Shown piece by piece: positions 22,650-32,119 of a stretch of DNA of 36,368 bases (its first letter is position 1; each line of letters begins with the position of its first letter). Where the stretch lies: the NCBI RefSeq assembly GCF_001194135.2, contig NC_068986.1:58431538-58467905 (forward strand). Direction: 5' to 3'. The DNA is from Octopus bimaculoides (lineage: Eukaryota). The position numbers and the translations under genes were made by a program. The notes under the pieces were generated by a model, which did no database searches, had not been told where the DNA came from, and was given only the letters and a program-made list of their open reading frames with translations.

Positions 22650-22772
22650 AAGCAGCAAAAATATCACAAAAGTTGTTACTCAGAGTTTCATGTTCCTGTT
22701 CGTGAACAAAACTGCCCGACGAACGGGAGCGTGAAACTCTGAGTAGCAGTTTTTGTAATATTTTTGTTGCTT
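22650..22772. repeat. 54-bp inverted repeat (22650-22703 / 22719-22772) with a 15-nt spacer
   Basis: Manual alignment gives 46/54 identical positions. All 8 differences are transitions. Confidence 0.9.
22708..22753 (+). ncRNA. Type I hammerhead ribozyme fold with a U4C core variant
   Basis: AAAACTGC-CCGACGA-ACG-GGAG-CGT-GAA-ACTC-T-GAGT-A-GCAGTTTT. Stem I is 8 bp, stem II is 3 bp, stem III is ACTC/GAGT (near-palindromic), and the GUA cleavage triplet ends at 22745. Confidence 0.7.
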
Positions 22773-22852
22773 TTTAATAAAGCATATCACTCTACCTCTG
22801 GTATTCGAGTACTATTTTTCTCCCTTGTTTCTCATTTCTGTGCTTACTCTGG

Positions 22853-22917
<65 letters not shown>

Positions 22918-23329
22918 TGAGAGAGAGAGTGAGAGAGAGAGAGAGACATACACACACATACATGCACACAAACACAAACGCACACACATATATACACTAA
23001 CTGAATGTCTAAATGAATGTCCCACAACCTAATTAGCCGTGTCATCTAACTGTCTTTACGAACGGATCTACCTATTTATGTATCTATCTTTGTAGGTAGT
23101 TGTTAAGCTATCATCCCTCTACACGTCAATTTATCATCGCATTCCCAGTAACTATCCATGTGAACACTCCACTACCACCACCTACACACACATTCACACA
23201 TATAGCCATACTTACATACACGTACACACACACACATCACATTCGCTTACTCACACACATCTCATTCGCTTAGCTTTTCTTTTTTTTTTTTGTCTGCCTA
23301 TCATTCTACCTATCTAAAGAAGGGGATAT

Positions 23330-23514
23330 ACTTTTGGTGTTATATCAGGTATTACACATGCAAGTCTCTGCCTACCAAATCTGCTCACAAGGCTTTGGTC
23401 GGCCAGAAGATATAGTAGAAGACACTTACTCAAGTTGTCATACAGTGGGACTGAGCCCGGAACCGTCTGGATGGGAAGCAAGTTTCGTATCACACAGCCA
23501 CGCCTGCGCCTATG
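23330..23514 (-). mobile_element. Family B SINE head
   Basis: Minus strand TAGGCGCAGGCGTGGCTGTGTG...GGTTCCGGGCTCAGTCCCACTG...AAGTGTCTTCTACTAT...CCGACCAAAGCCTTGTGAG, homologous to 29238-29400. Confidence 0.8.
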
Positions 23515-23613
23515 AAAAATATTGGAATGCTTAATGAACTTGCGTGTCATCCTTGTGCAGGGGCCATGCTAACTTTTCTTCATCGTTCCAATTTTAGTTG
23601 AGGTATTGCCGAA
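23515..23613 (-). pseudogene. U6: U6 snRNA retropseudogene (5'-truncated by ~8 nt; ACAGAG box mutated)
   Basis: Minus strand TTCGGCAATACCTCAACTAAAATTGGAACGATGAAGAAAAGTTAGCATGGCCCCTGCACAAGGATGACACGCAAGTTCATTAAGCATTCCAATATTTTT. It aligns colinearly to canonical metazoan U6 recalled from memory, with about 13 substitutions and 2 indels in ~100 columns. Confidence 0.93.
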
Positions 23614-23639
23614 AATATGAAAATACATACTAATTTTCA

Positions 23640-23830
23640 GAAAGTGAAGTCATAAGAAATGTTTAACAGCATTTCTTCTGACTTTACTTTCTGAGTTCAA
23701 ATTCCACCGAGGTCATTTTTACGTTTCATCGTTTCGAGGTCGATAATATAAGTACCAGTTAAACACTGGGGTCACTGCAATCGACTAATCCACTCCCCAG
23801 AATCTGTTGGTTTGTGCCATAATTTGAAAC
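23640..23830 (+). mobile_element. Degenerate family A SINE
   Basis: B-box GAGTTCAAATTCC at ~23693, followed by ACCGAGGTC...GAGGTCGATAATATAAGTACCAGTTAAACACTGGGGTC...AATCGACT. Confidence 0.75.
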
Positions 23831-24191
23831 CAATATTTCTTAAATTATTTAGAATTCAATACAATTTATTTATTATTTGTATAGTTGCAATAGATATATT
23901 ATCAGTACTGTTTAATTCTTAATTAATTATAGATGTTTCATATAAGTTAAATCTACATAAGCATGTCATTGTTAGCGTGATCAAGAGACTTAAAAATCAG
24001 TATTATAACGCTGGTGGTCGATATTTTATATACTGTCTCACCTCTCACTTCCTCTCTTCACGCACATATGCATGTGTGTGTGTACACAGAAAGAAAGAGT
24101 GAGACGATAGACAGACAGACAGGTAGATACATACATGTACGAATATATACACAAACACACAGATATACGCATATAGGAATCTAGAGAGAGG

Positions 24192-24227
<36 letters not shown>

Positions 24228-24279
24228 GAGAGAGAGGGNNNNNNNNNNNNNNNNNNNNNNNNNNNNNNNNNNNNNNNNN

Positions 24280-24317
<38 letters not shown>

Positions 24318-24860
24318 GAAAGAGACTCTCATTTGTACATGTATAATTTCAAGAGGAGTTTAAGTCTACTGGGGCGGAGATTGTAATATTTTCAAAACAT
24401 CAAACAGTGAGAAGTTCTCCATATTTCAAGTTCTACATTGAAATGAACGAGCTGGCGGTCGCATTACTAGAAATAGGATCAGGTGAAGATAATGAAATAA
24501 TGAAAGGTGGTGAAGGTAAAGGTGGTGAATTATGGGTTGTAATTGTATCGGAGATGCAGTAACAGTAGAAAAGGATGAGAGAGAAACAGAGAGAGAGAGG
24601 GGGGTGAAGAAGTGAGCGAGTGTAATTTAATATGCAGGAGTGTGATGCTTCCAGGTTTACCATGTTACCAAGAGTAAGAATTTCTCTATGCGGCGTAAAG
24701 AAGAGAACGTATTTAATGCAGAACATTCAAAAACGTAATTGAAAATAACAACGTGCCGCGGAATGACAAATATTATGCAAATATTAATTACTCCATTAGC
24801 TTTGTTGCATGTGACTTTACAAACCGGAAGAATTCCAGATGGCCAACAAATAATTTCAAG

Positions 24861-24947
<87 letters not shown>

Positions 24948-25140
24948 NNNNNNNNNNNNNNNNNNNNNNNNNNNNNNNNNNNNNNNNNNNNNNNNNNNNN
25001 NNNNNNNNNNNNNNNNNNNNNNNNNNNNNNNNNNNNNNNNNNNNNNNNNNNNNNNNNNNNNNNNNNNNNNNNNNNNNNNNNNNNNNNNNNNNNNNNNNNN
25101 NNNNNNNNNNNNNNNNNNNNNNNNNNNNNNNNNNNNNNNN

Positions 25141-25465
25141 ACCCCCAAATAAACCTACTAAGACTAGTACTAGCTATTTTACTCCGATCTCTAAACGTAT
25201 TAAAGTGACAAGAAATTCTCCTACAAATCTTATCCGAAGAACAACCCACATAAACACTAACATCTGTATCGCTCTTAACCTTACACTGATACACTATATT
25301 CTTTAATCTCACGTTCGGACCCTCAAACCTTAACCTTCTGGGATTAATCTCTGTTACCTCAATTTTAGAACCTATAATATTATTACCTAAGTGAGGGTCC
25401 TCATCCCTATACATTCCATTCATGCCTGTCTTAAGAACTTTAGAATTATGTGCTGTAATAATCTG
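25141..25465 (-). mobile_element. Penelope-like GIY-YIG endonuclease fragment of a second type (resembles Hydra-group PLE ENs)
   Basis: IITAHNSKVL...KNIVYQCKVKSDTDVSVYVGCSSDKICRRISCHFNTFRDRSKIASTSLSRFIWG has the IVY/YVG motifs, R...H and the T.LS..IW signature. It is cut by the gap at 25140. Confidence 0.7.
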
Positions 25466-25503
25466 CTCTAGGTTCTTAGTATTGGAAAACCAGACCTAAC
25501 ACT

Positions 25504-26370
25504 ATGCGTATTAATATTTTTACCGTAACGCATTCTGAGCTACCAAATTTCGCATTGGCAGACCTCATCAGAGTAATGCGAAATGTGTCCTGCATGTGCA
25601 AACTTTCAGAATTAAAGAGACATATACATTTCGTTCACCGCATGCAGTTCTCAGGTTACAGCCATAAAGAAAGGATCAGAGTATACAAAGGAGCTATGAA
25701 GAAATTTGAAACCATCAAACGTAACGATAGGAATGGGATTTGCCCACTCTATAGTAGCAAATCATGGAACACCATTGAAAGGATTAAGAAGAAAATAGGG
25801 AAGGCCAACTCATGGTATGATAGCCACAAATACCAGAGCGTCATGTTCGTCGACACCACTCCTAGAGATGAACTGGCGTACCGCTTTAGAAGGGCCCTAG
25901 ACAAACTTAAGCTAACAATTAAGGTTGTTGAAAGGCCAGGCAACACTATCAAATCCCTTATCAGTAGAACATACCCTTTTAGTAGAAACCCCTGCACTGA
26001 TAGGAACTGTACTGTATGTAGATTTAGCCCACAAACAAACAGTAAATTCAGAAATGTGGTCTATAGTATAAGATGTACAGAGGGACGATGCAGTAACAAG
26101 ACAACGACGTATGTAGGTGAAACAGCACGGAGCAGAGGGGAGCGGGCAAATGGACATTGGAGAGAACTTAAGGAAGGGAAGAGCTCATCAGTTCTGTACC
26201 AGCACGCTGAGCAAGAACATGGAGGCTCACTCAACAACATACAAATTAAAATCTTATCCACACATAGCAGAGACGCAGCACTTAGACAAATTACAGAAGC
26301 TACACACATAATAGAAGATAAACCTAGTCTGAATAGGAAACTGGAATGGAACACTAACACACACTACTAA
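25504..26370 (+). mobile_element. 5'-truncated Neptune-type Penelope-like element ORF: RT thumb, Cys linker and GIY-YIG endonuclease (RT core absent)
   Basis: 288-aa open frame: ADLIRVMRNVS...RMQFSGY...PLY...W...FVDTTP...KVVERPG...PFSRNPCTDRNCTVC...NVVYSIRC...YVGETARS...ER...H...VLYQHAEQEH...RQITEA...LNRKLEW. Confidence 0.88.
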
Positions 26371-26743
26371 CAAACCACAACATATGACAATAAATTCCCC
26401 ATAAACCAATAACAATATGAACTAAATATAATACAATACAATACAATACATAGATAAACAAATGGAATTAAATACTACATACGTTAACAAAATTAAATTA
26501 ATTACAAAAAAAGTAGGTATAAACACATGAACAAATAAATAAATAAATAAAAACAAAAATAAACGAACATGTATTAACAGAGGATATAGATAATACAGGC
26601 ACTCCCCATACACACACATGCACTTCCAAAACTTAGACACACATTGAGGGATACACATGCGTAGACACATACAATAGGAATACAAAATACAAAATGGCTG
26701 ATAGTTAGCAAGGTGGGACACACATAACAAACAAGAAAGCAAA

Positions 26744-26788
26744 GGACCACTGATGAGGTCACAGATGTGTGACGAAAGAACTCTGGCC
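26744..26788 (+). ncRNA. Minimal hammerhead ribozyme in the PLE 3' region (pLTR)
   Basis: GGACCA-CTGATGA-G-GTCACA-GATG-TGTGAC-GAAA-G-AA-C-T-C-TGGCC. Stem II is a perfect 6 bp, stem III is 2 bp, the CUC triplet ends at 26783 and stem I is CCA/TGG. It is on the same strand as the PLE ORF, ~370 nt downstream. Confidence 0.75.
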
Positions 26789-26992
26789 GAAATAGGATTA
26801 ATCTAATGTAATGTAATATAAATTAACACCAAATATACAGTGCGAAAAGCACAATGTGCTTAAACCATGTAAAAAGAAAAGTTATTGTTATATACAGTTT
26901 TATACAGTCACCACAGTTGTCCAGAGCCTCTTTGAAAATGGCAGTGGTGGGCAGTTGAATGATATATATATATATATATGTATGCATGTATG

Positions 26993-27023
<31 letters not shown>

Positions 27024-27527
27024 TGTATAAAGGTCATGCGTGTGTGTCAGTGTCTCGGGGAGCCTGCGTGGTCGTCTTCATCGTCTCATTCGTGTCTGTC
27101 GTGCAGTTAAAGGTGTTATAATAACAATGCATAAATACATAGGATGAGAAAGCAGGTCACAAACGAGGCATACCATTGCGACATGTCATAGGTAACAAAA
27201 CACCTGCAACTATCTCAAGAAAGTGAGCCATGAAGCAGCAATAAATTTACGTTGCACACAGGTTAGGAGTAGACAAATTAAGAGACAAGTTAAGAGTAGA
27301 CATACATACATACATACATACATACATACATACATACATACATACATACATACATACATAGATGCATACAGACATGCATGCATGTGTGATATCCAATTTG
27401 TCTACATATAATTTGGATGTATATGTATATCTATGTATATAGATATGCACGTATCCACGTATATATATATATATAGGTAAAAATAGACAGACAGATAGAT
27501 ACATACATACATACATACATACATACA

Positions 27528-27561
<34 letters not shown>

Positions 27562-27586
27562 CATGCATACATTTGGATAGATAGAT

Positions 27587-27665
<79 letters not shown>

Positions 27666-28294
27666 TACATGTATGTTTGTTTATAAATATATTTATACAT
27701 ATATGTGTACATGGGTGTTTGTGTTTGCAAACAGCTAGTGTACGTATGTACATTATGCTTGTGTGTATGCGTGAATTTTTGAATGTTTTCTATCATATCG
27801 TTATAGTCTTTGCGAGCATTTGTATGTATGTGTGTGTGTGTGTGTGTACACGAGCGTGTATATGTCTCTCTGTGTGTAAGCATTATATGTATATACATTT
27901 ATACATACATGTATTCATGGTTATATGTATCTATGCGCGCATGTAAAAACACATATACACATACACACGCACACAATATACACTCACGCACTAAAATACA
28001 CATTATATTGCTCTCGACTTCAAAAACAAATCCCAAAGTTGTTAGTACTATACTACTGTTGAATAAATTGGTGTCTAAAATCAAAGGGCCGCCATTCGAC
28101 TGACTGATATTTGTACATACGTAGCAAAGGGGCGGGAACAGCACTCCATGTGACATATAACAAACCATAGTCAGACAGCCTGTGCCGACAATCTCAACAC
28201 AACGACTGGCAAAACTAGACACACATATATGAATACATACACTCATACGTACACACACACACTTACACAAGTACGGACAGACAGCCAGACCGAC

Positions 28295-28333
<39 letters not shown>

Positions 28334-28413
28334 CGTATGTTTATCTAGTCAGCGAATCTTCCTACTATCCTGCCGCCCGCACACATATATATATCCAAAC
28401 ATCCACGCATTTA

Positions 28414-28462
<49 letters not shown>

Positions 28463-29237
28463 TAGCAATTGTATAATCAATACTTGTAGTAGCAAACTTT
28501 ACCACACCTATCGACTGCCAGTAAAGGCTACCACTATGATAATCACTACTCATACTATTACTACTTCTATATTATTACAACTACTGCCACCACGTAACAG
28601 CGATAGTATCAACCTCGCCACCACAGCCGAAACCTGTTGANNNNNNNNNNNNNNNNNNNNNNNNNNNNNNNNNNNNNNNNNNNNNNNNNNNNNNNNNNNN
28701 NNNNNNNNNNNNNNNNNNNNNNNNNNNNNNNNNNNNNNNNNNNNNNNNNNNNNNNNNNNNNNNNNNNNNNNNNNNNNNNNNNNNNNNNNNNNNNNNNNNN
28801 NNNNNNNNNNNNNNNNNNNNNNNNNNNNNNNNNNNNNNNNNNNNNNNNNNNNNNNNNNNNNNNNNNNNNNNNNNNNNNNNNNNNNNNNNNNNNNNNNNNN
28901 NNNNNNNNNNNNNNNNNNNNNNNNNNNNNNNNNNNNNNNNNNNNNNNNNNNNNNNNNNNNNNNNNNNNNNNNNNNNNNNNNNNNNNNNNNNNNNNNATAG
29001 CGTCCCATGGGATGCCATACGATATTTGTTTCAAATCCCACCAAGGTCTACTAGTAGGAAGTCGTAAACTACCACCACCATCTGTTCCTTTAGTGACGCC
29101 CTTAATAGAAACCATTTTGATACAAGCATTCGGACAGGTTCCTCTTCCTTCGCACCGCTCTCGGAGACCCTGAAAAGGGTCATAGCGATTACCTTCCCAT
29201 CTCAATAAGTAATCTAATAAGTAAATAAATAAATAAC

Positions 29238-29627
29238 TACAGGCACAGGTACGGTTGTGTGGCAAGAAGCTTGCTTCCCAACCACATGGTTCCGAGTTCA
29301 GTCCCATTGCGTGGGACCTTGGGCAAGTGTCTTCTGCCATAGCCTTGGGCCGATCAAAGCCTTGTGAGTAGATGTGATAGATGGAAACTGAAAGAAGCCC
29401 GTCGTATATATGTGTTTGTGTGTGTGTGTGTCTTTGTGACTGTGTTTTTCCTACTCTCGCTTGACAACCGGTGCTGGTGTGTTTACGTCCCTGTAACTTA
29501 GCGGGGCAAAAGAAACCGATAGCATAAGTACCAGACTTAATAAGTACTGGGGTCGATTCATTCGACTAAAACATCTTCAAGGCGATGCTCCCGCATAGCC
29601 GCAGTCTAATGACTGAAACAAATAAAA
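29238..29627 (+). mobile_element. Full-length bipartite family B SINE (head, (TA)/(TG)n, body)
   Basis: The head has GGTTCCGAGTTCAGTCCC and CCTTGGGCAAGTGTCTTC. An internal TATATGTGT...GTGTGT tract lies at ~29405-29435. The body runs CTTGACAACCGGTG...CAGTCTAATGACTGAAACAAATAAAA. Confidence 0.85.
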
Positions 29628-29996
29628 TATGAAGATAAGGATAAATGAATTTCGGAGAAAAAAGAATAACTGATAAGACGCATTAGATAATGTAATTGTT
29701 GGAGGTGCACTGAATGAAAGCTGGGATGGTCATATCTGGAACATCTGAGCAGTGCTGACATGCAATAAATCATGCTGTAAACCAAAACAACACAAAAAAG
29801 CAATGATATCAATTCGATTACTACAACTATTCCCACCCACTGAAGAATTCTCTATGTGGTCGTTCGACCTGTTGGAAATAGTAGCCAAATTTTCCTTTAA
29901 GCGCTCCTCTACGTAATAATAGAAACCTGTAAAATCTGAGGATTGTCTTACATTTGATCGTGAGCCTGCGCTATCAGGGTTGACCTGGAGCTGTAA

Positions 29997-30084
29997 AACT
30001 ACTACTACTACTACTATCGCCGCTGCTGCTATAGCTACTGCTGCTTCCGCTGCTGTTACTAATTCTACTACTGATGCTGCTGCA

Positions 30085-30142
<58 letters not shown>

Positions 30143-30175
30143 TTACTACTACTACTACTACTACTACTACTTGTA
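29997..30175 (+). repeat. (ACT)n/(GCT)n microsatellite
   Basis: Directly visible. It explains the poly-S/poly-T ORFs. Confidence 0.95.
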
Positions 30176-30571
30176 GTTAAGAAGCTGGCTTTGCAGTCAT
30201 GAAATTCCGAGTTCAATCTCAGCACGTGGTATCAAAGGAAAACGTCTTTCACCATAACCTCGGATCGACCCTCGAGTCTTGTGAAGTGAATGGGGAGAGA
30301 CGGGAGTAGCGTTTTACAGATACTTCCAAAGGATTGTACCTGTAATTCAGGTGTCATATATTGTGCCAGGCTGATCCAACCTGAAAATAATCCAATGAGT
30401 ATATATGTGCCAGTGGAATACGCAGTCACTTAAATGTTAACGTAACGGAAATGACTGAGAATCCATCATGATCATCAATTACTACAACGGCTGATGGTAG
30501 TTCTAATAATTATTTTCTAATTTAATTATAGAGCCAGCAAATTTGAGGAGATAGAGGTTAGTGGATACTAA

Positions 30572-30588
30572 CAGGGCCGGCCCTAGGG
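30572..30588. mobile_element. Solitary hAT-like terminal sequence CAGGGCCGGCCCTAGGG
   Basis: A CAGGG-initiated GC-rich palindromic end resembling hAT-type MITE termini. No matching opposite end was found in the window. Confidence 0.3.
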
Positions 30589-30917
30589 TAACTGGCGCCG
30601 TAAGCGAATCAAATTTTAAACGACCCCCCCCCCCTATAGGGGTGTGGGGTCACTTAAAAGTGAACCGATCCCAACAAGCTGGGGATTTCCCTAAGAAAGT
30701 TTTTAGAGATATGAATAAACATAGGAGCAATTTGAAGTCACTTATAAAGGAAAATTTTAAAATTTATATCTTAAAAATTAATGGAAAAATATATATCTAA
30801 TAAACATAATGTATTAGAAATTTAATATTTTACTAATTGGATGTGAGCAAATATGGTAAACAAACAGTAGTTCACCAAGCCCTTGTTTGTATTCTTCTTT
30901 GATTTGATTTGACTCAA

Positions 30918-30967
<50 letters not shown>

Positions 30968-31661
30968 TACATATTATATAGTATATGATGCATCGAACAA
31001 ATATACTTCATGCTAGTTACACTCCTCTATACGTAGATCGACCGATGAATCTTACATGTCTTACGAAGTTGAATAGATAATGGTAAACGGTTCTTGAAAA
31101 ATGTACTGCAGTATAGCTGCAATCCAATGAGTGAAATCATTAAAAGTATTTTTTTTAAATTAAAATTAAAGAAAGAAGTTTTTTGCTAGAGTTATGAACT
31201 CTATAATAGTTATATAATTGTTTAACATGAAGAAACACACTCTAAGCATTTTATTAACTGTATAGAGATATTAAAATTATACTTGGATGAGTTTTCTTTT
31301 CAAATAAGACCAGCAACATCAATAGGCAATATATGTTAAATATATTAACATATGTTAGGAGATTTAAGTATGAAACGTGAATTTATTCCTAAAATATAAA
31401 GTTGTGATGGTATAAGAGATCGCTACGAAGGTAAAAGCAAACAATATATTCTTGTAAATACAATACACATAGCACATGTATCAGCAGTGAATACATTCGG
31501 AAGCTAGCCATTATTGGCTACACATCAGCGATGATAGTAAAAAATGTTACCTCGAACACAAGAAGGATAAATATATAAACCATTGGACACTTGTAACATC
31601 AGTGATTTTTCAATCACTGTTTTCATATATCAGTGACAACGGATTTTGCCTTCACAAGCGG

Positions 31662-31720
31662 TTGCCAGTAGCTACTTGCTACTGATGAAGCCCAGGGAGG
31701 CAGAAACGTGTATCTGGTAA
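31662..31720 (+). ncRNA. Hammerhead-like motif downstream of a possible PLE endonuclease remnant
   Basis: TTGCCAG-TAGC-TACTT-GCTA-CTGATGA-A-GCC-CAGGGA-GGC-A-GAAAC-GT-GT-A-TCTGGTAA. The core is intact and stem II is 3 bp. Upstream (~31440-31560) one frame reads TIYSCKY...C...EYIRKLA, weakly like GIY-YIG. Confidence 0.5.
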
Positions 31721-32119
31721 CACCATAACCACTGCTGAACAATTTTCGTCTGCTACTGATATATTTTTGTGTTATTTGACACTGTACGTTTTATAAGAGA
31801 TACTATCGCACGACAAATACTGCCGCTAATTAGGCTTTTCGTGATGTATCTGCATTAAATATAATACACATGTTACTATTGGATAATATCCCAATTGAAA
31901 TCTATTCTAAATATATTTGTATTCTAAATAAAAGGTTGTATCATTCCTAAATTACATTCAAGATGTAGGTTGCTTAGCTAACAGAAAAAGGAAGCACATT
32001 ATTACCTTGTTTAGGAAACAAATAGTTAATTAAAATTTTATTAATCAAAATTGTTAAAAGAAATAGAAAAATATTTTGAAATAAAAAAAGAAAACAAAAT
32101 GAGAAATATAGGAGTTAAA

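Noticed and set aside
22650-22772. G-U bias in the hairpin as a fossil of ADAR A-to-I hyper-editing copied back into DNA
   Set aside because: Four of the five G residues in the right arm are needed for hammerhead stems I and II and so look ancestral. The left arm more simply shows C-to-T decay, two cases at CpG.
23330-23613. U6-SINE chimeric retrogene (U6 3' end ligated to a SINE 5' end, analogous to mammalian U6/L1 chimeras)
   Set aside because: The U6 part alone is bracketed by a TATGAAAA direct repeat, which favours an independent U6 insertion at the SINE's edge. It remains an alternative only if the same junction recurs elsewhere.
23515-23613. Functional variant U6 or U6atac with altered 5' splice-site specificity
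   Set aside because: It is 5'-truncated, has scattered substitutions, its ACAGAG box is changed to GAAGAA, it has a TSD, and I recognise no upstream promoter. The sequence is U6-like rather than U6atac-like.
25544-25571. Minus-strand CTGATGA...GAAA inside the PLE ORF
   Set aside because: There is no proper stem II and no valid NUH triplet; it is a chance match in coding sequence.
28997-29220. Possible RT fragment on the plus strand (SVPWDAI...SIRTGSSSFAPL)
   Set aside because: The motifs and their spacing are too weak to support an RT call without a profile search.
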